A stretch of 64,000 nt of DNA, from positions 99,547 through 163,546 of the forward strand of contig JACQDL010000014.1 of the NCBI GenBank assembly GCA_016201065.1. The letters run 5' to 3'. The stretch comes from Actinomycetota bacterium. GTDB lineage: Bacteria > Actinomycetota > Actinomycetes > Mycobacteriales > JACQDL01. A program made the position numbers and the translations under genes. Of this stretch, positions 27,497-37,863 are shown one piece after another. The notes beneath the pieces are model-generated. The model was not told the DNA's origin and did no database searches. It was given only the letters and a program-made list of their open reading frames with translations. Numbering within the stretch: the stretch's first letter is position 1; each line of letters begins with the position of its first letter.

Positions 27497-27960
27497 CCAT
27501 CCAGACGGACGGCCGGCACGCCGATCCGATGCGACGCGCGCTCGTCGCGGCCCGGCTCGCCACGAGCTGGGGCGACGTGCCGGTCGGCGCGATCGTGCTC
27601 GACCCGACCGGTGAGGTGCTGGCCGAGGGGTGCAACGAGCGGGAGCTGACCGGCGACCCCACCGCCCACGCCGAGGTGGTCGCGATCCGGCGCGCGGCGA
27701 CGCGGCTCGGCGGCTGGCGGCTGGCCGGCTGCACCCTGGTGGTGACGCTGGAACCCTGCACGATGTGCGCCGGTGCGGTGGTGCTCTCCCGGCTGGACCG
27801 GCTGGTCTTCGGCGCGATCGACCAGAAGGCCGGCGCCGTGGGCTCGCTGTGGGACGTAGTGCGGGATCGGCGGCTCAACCACCGGCCCGAGGTCATCGGA
27901 GGTGTACTCGCGGCCGAGTGTTCGGCCGTCCTCGCCGAGTTCTTTGCCGGGCAGCGGTGA
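27493..27960 (+). CDS. tadA: tRNA-specific adenosine deaminase
   Basis: HAEVVAIR and LEPCTMCAGA zinc motifs. Confidence 0.9.
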   Translation: MTIQTDGRHADPMRRALVAARLATSWGDVPVGAIVLDPTGEVLAEGCNERELTGDPTAHAEVVAIRRAATRLGGWRLAGCTLVVTLEPCTMCAGAVVLSRLDRLVFGAIDQKAGAVGSLWDVVRDRRLNHRPEVIGGVLAAECSAVLAEFFAGQR

Positions 27961-28001
27961 GCGGGCCGGCCGGCATGTCGGGTACCCTGCCCGGGGTAGC
28001 T

Positions 28002-28088
28002 GGTGGAGTCGCCTAGTGGCCGAGGGCGCACGCCTCGAAAGCGTGTGACGGTGCAAGCCGTCCGTGGGTTCAAATCCCACCTCCACCG
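28002..28088 (+). tRNA. tRNA-Ser (anticodon CGA)
   Basis: 87 nt: acceptor GGTGGAG/CTCCACC, anticodon loop CTCGAAA, long variable arm, T-arm GTGGG-TTCAAAT-CCCAC. Confidence 0.95.
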
Positions 28089-28210
28089 CCCCTGACCAGC
28101 ACGTACGCCGGGCCGCCCGACACGGGCCACCCGGCGTTCGCGTTCGCAGTTCTAGATGATCAAGAACCTCCAATGACCTTGCCGGGGATCCGATAGGAAG
28201 GACCCGAGAG

Positions 28211-28822
28211 ATGAGAAAGCTGATCGTGAGCACCTTCTTGACCCTCGACGGGGTCATGCAGGCCCCTGGCGGACCTGGAGAGGACGACAGCGGCGGCTTC
28301 GTACACGGTGGCTGGTCGGTGAACTATTGGGACGAGCAGATGGGCCAGGTCATGGGCGAGGCGATGAGCACGCCGTTCGACCTCGTTCTCGGACGCAAGA
28401 CCTACGACATCTTCGCCGCACATTGGCCGCACGCCACAGATGATCCCGGCGCCAAGCCATTGAACGACGCCACCAAGCACGTCGCGTCGCGGAGCCATCC
28501 CACACTGGAGTGGAGCAACTCGGTCCTGATCGAGGGAGACGCGGCCGAAGGCATCGCGGCCCTCAGGAAGGAAGATGGGCCAGAGCTGCAGGTGCATGGC
28601 AGCGGGAACCTGATCCAGACGCTGTTGCGCCACAACCTTGTCGACCAGTACCGCCTGTGGGTCTTCCCCCTCGTCGTCGGGTCGGGTAAACGCCTGTTCT
28701 CGGAAGGCGCCATCCCCGCCGGCCTGAAGCTCGTCGACAGCAAGGTGTCCACCACTGGAGTCGTGATCGGTACGTACGAGCCGGCAGGTGAGATCGTCGC
28801 AGGATCGTTCGCGCTGGACTGA
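28211..28822 (+). CDS. dihydrofolate reductase-family protein (RibD C-terminal-like)
   Basis: MRKLIVSTFLTLDGVMQAPGGP...LVLGRKTYD...VHGSGNL. Noticeably less GC-rich. Confidence 0.85.
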   Translation: MRKLIVSTFLTLDGVMQAPGGPGEDDSGGFVHGGWSVNYWDEQMGQVMGEAMSTPFDLVLGRKTYDIFAAHWPHATDDPGAKPLNDATKHVASRSHPTLEWSNSVLIEGDAAEGIAALRKEDGPELQVHGSGNLIQTLLRHNLVDQYRLWVFPLVVGSGKRLFSEGAIPAGLKLVDSKVSTTGVVIGTYEPAGEIVAGSFALD

Positions 28823-28915
28823 CCACGCTCGGAGTCACTCACCGAGCATGTCAACACGTAGCTCCGCAAGACCGGCCACGCCACAGACGATCGCAAGGTC
28901 AGTCCGGAAATCCGG

Positions 28916-29286
28916 GTGCACACCGGGTTCGTTGACGCCTACCGTGAGGTGGTGATCAGCTACGACTGGCGTGCGTGCTTTGACAACCCTGAGGTCAACG
29001 CCCTGCCCGCGGTGGGCTTCGAGCACCAGCTCGTACATGACGGCTGGTGGGGGCAGGTGGAACCGGCACAGCCTCGGTTGGATCTGCCCGCGACACCGCT
29101 CACCTCGTGGGATTCGTGAACGTCGCCTGGGACGGCGGAAAGGCGCGCGGCCCCCTCGGCCCGGTGGCCAACTCCTGCGCCCAGTGCGCAGTCAGCCTGC
29201 ACCGTGGGCTGTTCGCAGTTGGCTCTGAGTGGGCCCATCGCGCGCCAGCTCTGCGCTCCGGGCCCGGCCCATGTCTGGTCAGCTGA
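28916..29286 (+). pseudogene. degraded GNAT acetyltransferase remnant
   Basis: GNAT-like pieces are split over three frames (EVNALPAVGFEH..., RHSLGWI..., HLVGFVNVAWDGG...). Confidence 0.35.
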
Positions 29287-29992
29287 GGGAGATGTCGACC
29301 CCGCCGCTGAGGACTGAGTCGTGAAGTTCGAGCCTGGCGAGCTTGGCGCCCTTGGGGATGTCGAACGCGACGACACCAGTGACGGCGTTGCCTGGGTTGA
29401 TGTCGTTCAGGAACGACTTGGCCTGGTCGCCGAGGTAGATCGCAGCTGCCAAGGACGCCTCGAACTTCCTGCCCTGGGTGTCATAGAGGTACAGGTTGCT
29501 GCCGTCGAACATCTGGGACACCGTGCCGACGTTCTCGACCTTGACCGTCACCAGCACGAACTGTCCCTGAGCGGTGGTGCTGACGTACTGGTTGCCGAGC
29601 TGGGCAACCCCCTGCTTCACCGCCACGACCGTGAACTCGAACTTCCCATCCCGGATCGGGATGCCGATGCCTGCGGCCTTCGGGGCAGGTTTGGCGGCCT
29701 GGCCGGACCCCGGGCCGGTCGAGCCGCCAGAGGTCGACGAGCCGCTGCCGTTCATCGAGCTGACGACGCCGGTGATCACTAGTACGCCGATCACGGCAAG
29801 CAGGGTGTTCCGGATCGGGTGGCGCTTCTTGTGGGGCACTGCGTGCGGCGGTCCCTGCGGTGGGGTGCCCGGCATCGCTCCGGGGCCCGGCGGTGCGGGT
29901 GGCGGCGCCTGGTCCAGCCAGACGGACTGCCCAGTCGCCTGATCGACCGTGTAGCGCCGGCCCGTCGTCGAGTCCGTGAAGATGTTGTCCAC
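29279..29992 (-). CDS. DUF4352 domain-containing membrane-anchored protein
   Basis: GTG 29992 follows GGGGAGGA. One TM segment, then FEFTVVAVKQG...GQFVLVTVKVENVG...FDIPKGAKL. Confidence 0.75.
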   Translation of the reverse strand: MDNIFTDSTTGRRYTVDQATGQSVWLDQAPPPAPPGPGAMPGTPPQGPPHAVPHKKRHPIRNTLLAVIGVLVITGVVSSMNGSGSSTSGGSTGPGSGQAAKPAPKAAGIGIPIRDGKFEFTVVAVKQGVAQLGNQYVSTTAQGQFVLVTVKVENVGTVSQMFDGSNLYLYDTQGRKFEASLAAAIYLGDQAKSFLNDINPGNAVTGVVAFDIPKGAKLARLELHDSVLSGGVDISLS

Positions 29993-30269
29993 ATGTCCTC
30001 CCCTGGTGGGTGAAGCGACGGAGAGAGGCGATACCCAGGGTGAGTCGCTGCGGCCCCTCGCTGCGTGCACCACGCCTACACCCTCCGTGACTTCCAGTGA
30101 CGGACCATACCCGTATCGTCATCGCGGCTGTACGGAGCCTCGAAAAGTGGATCGCAAGGAGACGGGGCGCAATGACTCGCCTTCGGCGGCAGTGCGCGGC
30201 CCGGCGGCCGATGTCCGTTCCCTCATGACCCACTGCTGGCTTCCGATCTCGGGGGCACAGGGAGGGCCG

Positions 30270-31061
30270 ATGAGGGTCAAGCTCGGTGCGGTCAGCGGGC
30301 GGGGAGCCGGCGTCTGGGTGAGCGGACTGCTTGCCGTGCTCTTCGCCGGTTCGGCGGACAGTCATCCGGTGCGGGCCGGCAGTGCGGCCGACGCGGCGCG
30401 GACGGTGCCGCCACGCGTCGCCAGGGCGGTCCCGACGCCGCATCCCGCGATCCGGCCGGCCCCGGCGACCTCATCGCCGGGCAGCAGCCTGCCGGTGATG
30501 TCGCCGAGCAACCCGCTGACCGTGACCCAGACCGCGACCCAGACCGTGACCCCGCCCGGGAGCCTGCCCGCGCGACCGCCCGCTCTCACCGGCTTCGGCG
30601 CGACGGACGCCGACTGGCGTAGCCGGCACCTTCCGGACCCGGCGAGACCTGCCGGCACGGCGTACAACCCCGACCCCCTCATTCCCGCGGTCGACGGAAA
30701 GATGGGTGCCAGGTACTTCGATGTCGTCCACACGGCCGGCCGGGTCCTCGGCTACACCGTGGCGATCGACCCGGGCAGCGGTCTCGCGGGCGCGCGCCGC
30801 ACCGCACTGGCGGAACTGCCCGGCGACGCCCGCGAGGTGTGGTCGGCCCCGCTGGGTTCCTGCTCGCTGGTCCAGCTCCGATCAGCCACGCTGGCGCGCG
30901 TGCTGGGGAACCTGGACCCGACCGGGAGCGTGCTCGTCGAGCTCCGCCCCGCCACCGGGGCGTATGCCGTCGCCGATGACATCGCCGCCGCCGTCTTCCG
31001 GCCCCTGTGGATCGCCACACCATCGGCCTCGACCAGCTGCCAGGCCGGTGGCGCGGGATAA
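30270..31061 (+). CDS. hypothetical secreted protein
   Basis: ATG 30270 follows GGGAGGG and a signal-peptide-like N-terminus is present. No family recognised. Confidence 0.55.
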   Translation: MRVKLGAVSGRGAGVWVSGLLAVLFAGSADSHPVRAGSAADAARTVPPRVARAVPTPHPAIRPAPATSSPGSSLPVMSPSNPLTVTQTATQTVTPPGSLPARPPALTGFGATDADWRSRHLPDPARPAGTAYNPDPLIPAVDGKMGARYFDVVHTAGRVLGYTVAIDPGSGLAGARRTALAELPGDAREVWSAPLGSCSLVQLRSATLARVLGNLDPTGSVLVELRPATGAYAVADDIAAAVFRPLWIATPSASTSCQAGGAG

Positions 31062-31078
31062 CCGGACCGCGGGCCGAC

Positions 31079-32146
31079 CTACCGACGTCGCGTCGCCGGA
31101 CCGGCCGCCGGCGCCAGACCGTCGTGCTCGGCGAGGCGGGTGAGCATCGCGTTGTAGGCAGCCAGCGCGGCGTCCCCGTCGTCCACATCGGGGCTCGCCA
31201 TGAGCGCCGCGCGGTCCGGATCGCCTGCCAGCCGCCCACCGGTGTCCGCCAGCGCGGCCTGCCGGGCGGACTCCAGCCAGCGCCCCACCCGCGCCGCCTC
31301 GGGGCGCCCGTCCGACAGCCACTGGCCCGCCAGTACGAGCATCATGACCAGCATCAACGCGTCGCCGCCGATCCACATCACCGCGGCCCCACCGTGCAGA
31401 TCATCGAGCGGGCTCGGCCCCCACGTGCGGCCGCCGTCCGCGAACGCCGGCCACGGCACGCGGGTCGTCTGCAGCAGCACGACGCCGGCGATGGTGTCGA
31501 CGGTCATCGCGACGAACTGCATGAACAACCGCAGCGGATATGGCAGGTCCCAGCGGTACGGCTCGCGGGTCAACGTCTGGGAGAACTCCAGATACCCGAC
31601 CCCCAGGCAGGCGACGATCTCGACCTCGGCGAGCACCGAGCGTTCCATCATGGCCTGCATGAAGCCGGTCAGATGCAGACCGACGACGACCACGACGTAC
31701 CCGCCAAGCGTGACCAATGGATGGGTCAGCAGTGACACCGGAGCGGACCGGAGCACGCCACGGATCCGCCGACGGGACGCTCCGCGCGTCGCTCGCAGCA
31801 GCAACGTGACCGGGTAGCCCATCGCCACCAGCCACGGCGCTAGCATGATCAACATAAGGTGCCGCACCATATGCACCCAGAAGAGGACCTCACCGTACTG
31901 GCCCGGGCCGCCCTCGATGGCCACCACGGCGACGAGGATCCCGGCGAGGAAGGCGACCGTCCGCCACCCCGACCACCGGTGCGCCGGGTGGCGTCGGTTC
32001 AAGCGCGCCACGCCGGCAAGATAGGCGACCACCGCGAGGACCGCGAGGGCGGTCACCACCGGCCGGACGTGCCAGGTTGTGAGCAGCCGCCACCCCGTCA
32101 GGGGCGGCAGCAGCGGCATCTCCGGCATGCCGGGCATGCCCGGCAT
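31079..32146 (-). CDS. cytochrome c oxidase assembly protein (CtaG/caa3-type)
   Basis: Polytopic membrane protein, ...FWVHMVRHLMLIMLAPWL.... Confidence 0.85.
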   Translation of the reverse strand: MPGMPGMPEMPLLPPLTGWRLLTTWHVRPVVTALAVLAVVAYLAGVARLNRRHPAHRWSGWRTVAFLAGILVAVVAIEGGPGQYGEVLFWVHMVRHLMLIMLAPWLVAMGYPVTLLLRATRGASRRRIRGVLRSAPVSLLTHPLVTLGGYVVVVVGLHLTGFMQAMMERSVLAEVEIVACLGVGYLEFSQTLTREPYRWDLPYPLRLFMQFVAMTVDTIAGVVLLQTTRVPWPAFADGGRTWGPSPLDDLHGGAAVMWIGGDALMLVMMLVLAGQWLSDGRPEAARVGRWLESARQAALADTGGRLAGDPDRAALMASPDVDDGDAALAAYNAMLTRLAEHDGLAPAAGPATRRR

Positions 32147-32406
32147 CAGGGTAGGTCCCGGAACGGCGAGGATGACGGTGGCACGGGGCCATTATCCGCC
32201 CGGCCGGAGGAGCTCCGAACGGCAGCCCGTGCGCGCAGCCCCAGAGCCGCACGCTGACGCCGAGCCGACCTGACGACGTCCGGATATCACACGTCGCGTA
32301 AACTCGCAGTAACTTTCCGTGTGTCGCAGCAGGCCATATGCCCAGCGTGCCCGATACTGTCGTTGTTCCTACCCGACACAGCACCCGACCACTGGGGGTG
32401 TCCTCC

Positions 32407-32682
32407 ATGCTCCGACGCGCGCAATTGTTCGGTGGGAAGAGCCGAGTGACCTTCACGCTCCCCGCCGAACACGAAGCCGGCGTGGTCAGCGTCGTCGGCG
32501 ACTTCAACGACTGGCGGCCCGGCCACCACGTTCTGGTCGCGCGGCGCAACGGCACCCAGAGCGTGTCGGTGGTGCTCCCTCCCGGAAAGCACCGGTTCCG
32601 CTACCTCGCGACGGGCGGGGTGTGGTTCGACGACGAGACGGCCGACCTGGTCGACGACGCTGGAAGCCACATCTTCCTCTGA
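32407..32682 (+). CDS. isoamylase early-set / glycogen-binding (AMPK-CBM-like) domain protein
   Basis: VTFTLPAEHEAGVVSVVGDFNDWRPG...GKHRFRYLATGGVWFDD. Confidence 0.75.
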   Translation: MLRRAQLFGGKSRVTFTLPAEHEAGVVSVVGDFNDWRPGHHVLVARRNGTQSVSVVLPPGKHRFRYLATGGVWFDDETADLVDDAGSHIFL

Positions 32683-32691
32683 ACACCGCGG

Positions 32692-35025
32692 TCACCCGGA
32701 CGTCCGCGCCCGCACCAGCAGCAGCGCGACGTCATCCTCGTTGCGGCCGCGGCGCCCCATGGCATGCAGCACGGCCTCGCCGGTCGCAGACAACGGGCCG
32801 GTCCCGTGTTCGGCGAGCGCGGCCACCAGCTCGGATCGACCGGCGTCCAGGTCGCGGCGCCGATCCTCGACGAGCCCGTCACTGAACATCGCGAGCAACG
32901 AGCCCACCGGCACCTCGTGGACCACCTCGGTGAACGCCCGGGCACCGGCACCCAACGGCGGTCCGGGGGGCACCTCGAGGGTGCTCACCTCGCCCGAGGG
33001 TGACCGCAGCAGCGGAGCCAGATGCCCGGCGCTGGCCACCGTGAGTGTGCCCAGCCGGGCGTCGTAGGCGCCGTACAGGCAGGTGACGAGCATGCCGCCG
33101 GGGAAATCGGCGACGAGGTCGTCCAGGATCGACAGCGTCTGGGCCGGCTCCATGCCCAGCCGGGCGTAGGCGCGCAGGGCCGAGCGCAGCTGGCCCATCG
33201 CCGCAGCTGCCTGCACGCCGTGTCCCATCACATCGCCGACCGCGAGGCCGGCACGCCGGTTGCCGAGGTCGAGCACGTCGTAGAAGTCGCCCCCGACCGT
33301 CATCGTCATGCTGCTGGGGAGGTACACGGCAGCCAGGTCGAGGCCGTCCAGGGCGGACAGCTCCGGGAGCAGGCTGCGCTGCAACTCGGCCGCTGCACTG
33401 TGCTCGGCCTCGAACCTGCGCGCGTTCGCCAACGCGACCGCGAACCGGGCCGCCAGCTCTGCGGCGAGCGCGGCCTCCTCATCGTCGAAGCGCGGCTTGC
33501 CCGGGTCCCGGGCGAAGGCGATCGCACCGACCCGCTCGCCAACCGCCATCAGCGGCACGGCGAGCACGTCGTGGGCGCGCAGTCCGGACAGGACCTGGAC
33601 GTACGCCGGATCGTCGCCGAAGGAACCGGCGACGATCTTCGGGTCCGGATCGATCATCCGGACCATCCGACGTTCGCGGAACGCCGTCGACAACGCCGCG
33701 TTGGAGGCGGGGTCCATCGGCGGGTAGGCCAGCCACGCCTCGGCCAGCTTCCGGAGGTCCGGATCACGGTGCACCGCCGCGACCCGGCGCAGCCGGCCGT
33801 GTGGGTCCGGTTCGACGATCGCACACAGGTCCGCCAGCCGATCCACGACCAGCCGACCCAGGCGAGCGATCACGACCAGTGGGTCCAGCGAGGACGAGAC
33901 CAGCGCTGACGCTTCGGACAGGAAGGACATCCGCTCCTGCGAGACCCGCACCGAGCGCTCCAGCCGCTTGCGCTGGCTGATGTCCGTGAAGATGCCGACC
34001 GCAGCGACGATCGTGCCGTGGGCATCCCGGACCGGCGCGGCCCGGGCATCCAGGTCGATCACGACACCGTCCGGTCGCAGGTAGCGGAGCTGTTCCTCGG
34101 AGATCGTCTCGCCGTCGAGCAGTGCGCGCGCCAGTGGCATGTCGCGAGCTCCGTACGGGACGCCGTCGGGATGGGTCAGCTGGTACATGTCGTACTCGTC
34201 GATGGTGGTCGCCGGCACCATCTGGTAGCCGCACAGGCGGCGGAACTCGTCGTTCGCGGCGGTCAGCTCGCCGTCCGGTGCCTGGGCCACGACGAGTCCG
34301 GCGGGAAGCTGGCGCATGATCGCGCGCAGCAGCCGGGTCTGCGCCGCCGCCTCGGCCCGGGCTCGTTCGCCCCGCTGCTCGGCGCGGCGTCGTTCGTCGA
34401 TCTGGGTCCGCAGCTCGAACTCGTCCATCACCATGCCGGCCAGGTCACGCAGCGAGGACCGCTGCTCCTCCGACCACGACACCGGCTCCTCGTGCGCCGC
34501 GGCGAGCAGACCGATGGGCTGGCCACCGCCGTACAGCGCGACGCCGGCGTAGGCCACCACCCGCCCCTCCCGGACGGCCGGCTCGTCAGCGAACATGGCG
34601 TCGCTGCGCGCGTCGGCGACGAACAGCGCCTCGCCCTGGGCAAGAGTCGCCAGACCCAAGCCGGCGTACGCGGGTTGGCGGAACTCCGTGCCCTCGCCCG
34701 CACCGGGGGGAACCAGCCGACCATCGGCGTCCACCAGGCTCACCGCCGCGGGCACCCCGAGCAGCCTGGAGGCCAGCCGTCCGGCCCGCTCAAGGGTCCC
34801 GTCCGCGTCCGGTTCGAGCCGCCGCAGCCGATCGAGCGCTTCGAGCCGTGCGGGATCGCGCAGCAGCTCGATCACCCCGGCATGCACCCTGACGAGGTTA
34901 CGGACGTCGACGGAGACTGTGGACCACTTTGCGCCAGGTTGCCGCCGCTCCGGCCAGCCCGACCCGTTTGCTCGGCTTTCACCCGGCCACCGCGAGTAAG
35001 CTCCGCGCCGCGTCCACGCCGACAT
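32692..35025 (-). CDS. GAF/PAS-containing SpoIIE (PP2C) family protein phosphatase
   Basis: C-terminal PP2C motifs GGDFYDV, VGDVMGHG and FSDGLVE, with GAF/PAS-like regions upstream. The start is uncertain because it overlaps the next gene. Confidence 0.85.
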   Translation of the reverse strand: MSAWTRRGAYSRWPGESRANGSGWPERRQPGAKWSTVSVDVRNLVRVHAGVIELLRDPARLEALDRLRRLEPDADGTLERAGRLASRLLGVPAAVSLVDADGRLVPPGAGEGTEFRQPAYAGLGLATLAQGEALFVADARSDAMFADEPAVREGRVVAYAGVALYGGGQPIGLLAAAHEEPVSWSEEQRSSLRDLAGMVMDEFELRTQIDERRRAEQRGERARAEAAAQTRLLRAIMRQLPAGLVVAQAPDGELTAANDEFRRLCGYQMVPATTIDEYDMYQLTHPDGVPYGARDMPLARALLDGETISEEQLRYLRPDGVVIDLDARAAPVRDAHGTIVAAVGIFTDISQRKRLERSVRVSQERMSFLSEASALVSSSLDPLVVIARLGRLVVDRLADLCAIVEPDPHGRLRRVAAVHRDPDLRKLAEAWLAYPPMDPASNAALSTAFRERRMVRMIDPDPKIVAGSFGDDPAYVQVLSGLRAHDVLAVPLMAVGERVGAIAFARDPGKPRFDDEEAALAAELAARFAVALANARRFEAEHSAAAELQRSLLPELSALDGLDLAAVYLPSSMTMTVGGDFYDVLDLGNRRAGLAVGDVMGHGVQAAAAMGQLRSALRAYARLGMEPAQTLSILDDLVADFPGGMLVTCLYGAYDARLGTLTVASAGHLAPLLRSPSGEVSTLEVPPGPPLGAGARAFTEVVHEVPVGSLLAMFSDGLVEDRRRDLDAGRSELVAALAEHGTGPLSATGEAVLHAMGRRGRNEDDVALLLVRARTSG

Positions 35026-35443
35026 GGTCCGCTAACCGGCTCCGACCAGACGCGGAGAGACCACCGACCGCGTGGGTCAGCACGTCGGCGTACTCCGCGA
35101 CCTGCAGCCGGGTGAGATGCGGAGACAGCCGCACCAGCACGCTGCCCCGGACGAGCACCCGGTAGCCATCCGGACCCGAGTCGGCCTGGCGCGCCGCAGC
35201 GGCCGGGTCCGGGTACACCTCGACCTGGCCGCCGAACTCTGGGTTCCAGTAGCAGTGGTCGACCACCGCGCCGCGGTTGACCCGGGCGTCAAAGAAGACC
35301 ACCTTCTCCGCGGGGCCCGATCCGGTGCCCAGGGACGAGTCGGGGTCAGTACGTCTGGTGAAGATCACCGACGAACGGACAGGCATGCCGGCTTCCCGCA
35401 TCTGGTTCAGGACCGCGAGCGCGACCTGAGCGTGTGATGGCAT
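34979..35443 (-). CDS. hypothetical protein
   Basis: 154 aa with coding-like codon bias. No family recognised. Confidence 0.55.
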   Translation of the reverse strand: MPSHAQVALAVLNQMREAGMPVRSSVIFTRRTDPDSSLGTGSGPAEKVVFFDARVNRGAVVDHCYWNPEFGGQVEVYPDPAAAARQADSGPDGYRVLVRGSVLVRLSPHLTRLQVAEYADVLTHAVGGLSASGRSRLADHVGVDAARSLLAVAG

Positions 35444-35526
35444 CCGGCCTCCACCTCCAAGGGTTCGGCACCGTTTGCCCTCTCCATTCTCGTCCCAAGG
35501 TCAAGCCGGACCAAAACGGACGAAAA

Positions 35527-35560
35527 CGGTGCCGTACCCCAGGCCTGGGGTACGGCACCG
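35527..35560. terminator. 34-nt perfect palindrome downstream of bldC
   Basis: cggtgccgtaccccaggcctggggtacggcaccg. Confidence 0.7.
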
Positions 35561-35590
35561 TCACGTCGAGGGGGCTGCGACCGTGCCCGA

Positions 35591-35794
35591 TCAGCTCTCC
35601 TGCGGCGCGCCGCCTTCCAGCAGCGAACGCACCTCGGACTCCTTGTACCGGCGGTGACCGCCCAGAGTACGGATCGAGGTGAGCTTGCCCGCCTTGGCCC
35701 AACGGGTGACCGTCTTGGGGTCAACGCGGAACATGGAGGCGACTTCAGCCGGAGTCAGCAGCGGCTCGGCTTCGGTTGCTTGGCGCGTGGTCAT
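35591..35794 (-). CDS. bldC: BldC-type MerR-like small DNA-binding developmental regulator
   Basis: EPLLTPAEVASMFRVDPKTVTRWAKAGKLTSIRTLGGHRRY is near-identical to Streptomyces BldC as I recall it. The upstream region is long, about 600 nt. Confidence 0.9.
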   Translation of the reverse strand: MTTRQATEAEPLLTPAEVASMFRVDPKTVTRWAKAGKLTSIRTLGGHRRYKESEVRSLLEGGAPQES

Positions 35795-36389
35795 GGCTGG
35801 TCCTTTCTCGTCGATCAGGCCCCGTCCCGTCTAACGGGACCGATCACCGTCCATATTGCACCATTTTCCCGCATAGATCAAATGGTCCTGTCGTGCTATT
35901 TAAGGCCTAGTCAGCACGGACGACGCCCGAGGGCCACACGGGGGATGTTTGGCACATCACCCTGCTGGCTCGACGAAGCTAGCCAGCTGCCACCCCAGGG
36001 TCACCCGCTGGTAGGCCGGTACGGCGAAGATCACTTCCCTTCGGCCCAATCCGAACGGCGCATCGCGGACATCGCGCGCCAGCGCGTCACCACATCACCA
36101 GTCACCGATGGGGATATGGGCCAACTTGGCATGGCCCAACCCGACTAGCAATTTCGGATGGTACTGCGCCGGCCGCCGCGCGGGCTGTGCCGGCCGCCGA
36201 GCGGGCCGGCCGCGCGGGAACCGGGCCATCAACCGAGGGCTGCCCCACCCGTCGTCGACGGTGGGCCGGGTGCCGGCGACCGGATGTGCCGCCCGCCGCC
36301 GCACGGCTATCGTTTTCCCATCCGGCACACCCGCTGGCGTCCCGGCCACCCCACGAGGGCACGGCCACCACGAACTCGCAGGAGCCACC

Positions 36390-37454
36390 GTGAGCGTATT
36401 CACCTCCAGCCACGAGCAGGTCGCCTTCTGCCATGACCCGCGCAGTGGCCTCAAAGCGATCATCGCCATCTACTCCACGGCCCTCGGCCCTGCGCTCGGC
36501 GGGACCCGTTTCTACCCCTATCCGAGCGAGGCGGAAGCACTGGCCGACGTGCTCGCCCTTGCCAAGGGGATGGCGTACAAGAACGCACTCGCCGGCCTCG
36601 ACTTCGGCGGCGGCAAGGCCGTCATCTGGGGCGATCCCGAGCGGGACAAGTCCGAACCACTGCTGCGCGCGTACGGACGATTCGTCCAATCGCTCGGTGG
36701 CCGGTACGTCACGGCGTGCGATGTGGGCACCTACACCGAGGACATGGACGTCGTGGCCCGGGAGTGCCGGTACGTGACGGGCCGGAGCGTGGAGCACGGC
36801 GGAGCCGGGGACTCCTCGATCCTCACGGCCTACGGAGTCTTCCAGGGCATGCGGGCCTCCGCCGAGCACCAGTGGGGCAGGCCGACGCTGGCCGGCCGCC
36901 GGGTTGGCGTCGCGGGCGTCGGCAAGGTGGGCCACCACCTCGTCGACCACCTCCGCGCCGACGGTGCCACCGTGATCATCTGCGACGTCAACGAGCATGC
37001 CCTCGACCGGGTCCGCGACGTGCACCCGGAGGTCGAGGTCGCCGCTGACACCGACGCGCTGCTCCGCTCGGAGCTGGACGTCTACGCACCGTGCGCGCTC
37101 GGTGGGGCGCTCAACGACAAGACGGTCCCGGCACTCACCGCCCAGGTGGTCTGCGGCGCGGCGAACAACCAGCTTGAGCACAGCGGCATCGAGAAGGAGC
37201 TACAGGACCGGGGGATCCTCTACGCGCCCGACTACGTGGTGAACTCCGGTGGCGTGATCCAGGTGGCCGACGAGATCGAGGGCTTCAACTTCGAGCGCGC
37301 GAAGGCGAAGGCGGGACACATCTTCGACACCACGAAGAGGATCTTCGCCCTGGCCGCCGAGGAGGGTGTGCCGCCGGCCGTGGCCGCCGACCGGCTGGCC
37401 GAACGGAGGATGTCCGAGGTCGGTCGGCTGCAGACCATCCGGTTGTGGTCCTGA
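36390..37454 (+). CDS. vdh: Leu/Phe/Val dehydrogenase-family enzyme (valine dehydrogenase-like)
   Basis: [28 protein letters not shown] and GVAGVGKVG motifs. GTG 36390 follows GCAGGAG. Confidence 0.85.
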   Translation: MSVFTSSHEQVAFCHDPRSGLKAIIAIYSTALGPALGGTRFYPYPSEAEALADVLALAKGMAYKNALAGLDFGGGKAVIWGDPERDKSEPLLRAYGRFVQSLGGRYVTACDVGTYTEDMDVVARECRYVTGRSVEHGGAGDSSILTAYGVFQGMRASAEHQWGRPTLAGRRVGVAGVGKVGHHLVDHLRADGATVIICDVNEHALDRVRDVHPEVEVAADTDALLRSELDVYAPCALGGALNDKTVPALTAQVVCGAANNQLEHSGIEKELQDRGILYAPDYVVNSGGVIQVADEIEGFNFERAKAKAGHIFDTTKRIFALAAEEGVPPAVAADRLAERRMSEVGRLQTIRLWS

Positions 37455-37513
37455 GACGTCGCTGGCGGGTGTGGGCGGCGAAATTCCTGCACCCAGCGTG
37501 GCGACCCCGCGTG

Positions 37514-37539
37514 CCGTACAGGCCGCCTGACCTGTACGG
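37514..37539 (+). terminator. possible terminator hairpin after vdh
   Basis: ccgtacagg-N8-cctgtacgg. Confidence 0.4.
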
Positions 37540-37621
37540 TGGAAACCACGAGACATGAAGCCGCGTATCGGGGCTGCCGTGTGCAGGCCGCCCCGATGTT
37601 CTGTGCGAGGGGGTCGAGCCG

Positions 37622-37795
37622 ATGGGGCGCGGCCGAGCCAAGGCGAAGCAGCAGAAGGTCGCTCGGGAACTGAAGTACAGCTCCCCCAGCACCGACCTCT
37701 CAGCGCTGGAGCGTGAGCTCAGTGGCAAGCCGTCCGACAACGTCGATGACGAGGTTGACGACGAAGATGAGGAGCCCGACACCCGGCACCCGTAG
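37622..37795 (+). CDS. DUF3073 domain-containing small protein
   Basis: 57 aa, MGRGRAKAKQQKVARELKY... with an acidic tail and a GAGGGGG RBS. Below the ORF-track size cutoff. Confidence 0.75.
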   Translation: MGRGRAKAKQQKVARELKYSSPSTDLSALERELSGKPSDNVDDEVDDEDEEPDTRHP

Positions 37796-37863
37796 CTGAC
37801 CCGCGCGCGAAGGTCGGCCAAACCCGCTCAATGGTGCTGGTGTACGGGTCAGCCGCGGTCCGG

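Noticed and set aside
26566-28257. 563-aa minus-strand ORF
   Set aside because: It runs antisense through the TadA-associated genes, tadA and tRNA-Ser, and has no protein-like features.
32117-32146. MPGMPGMPEMP repeat and palindromic catgcccggcatg DNA at the CtaG-like gene start
   Set aside because: It is a short low-complexity N-terminal extension before the first TM helix. The true start may lie downstream, and I see no evidence of a regulatory role.
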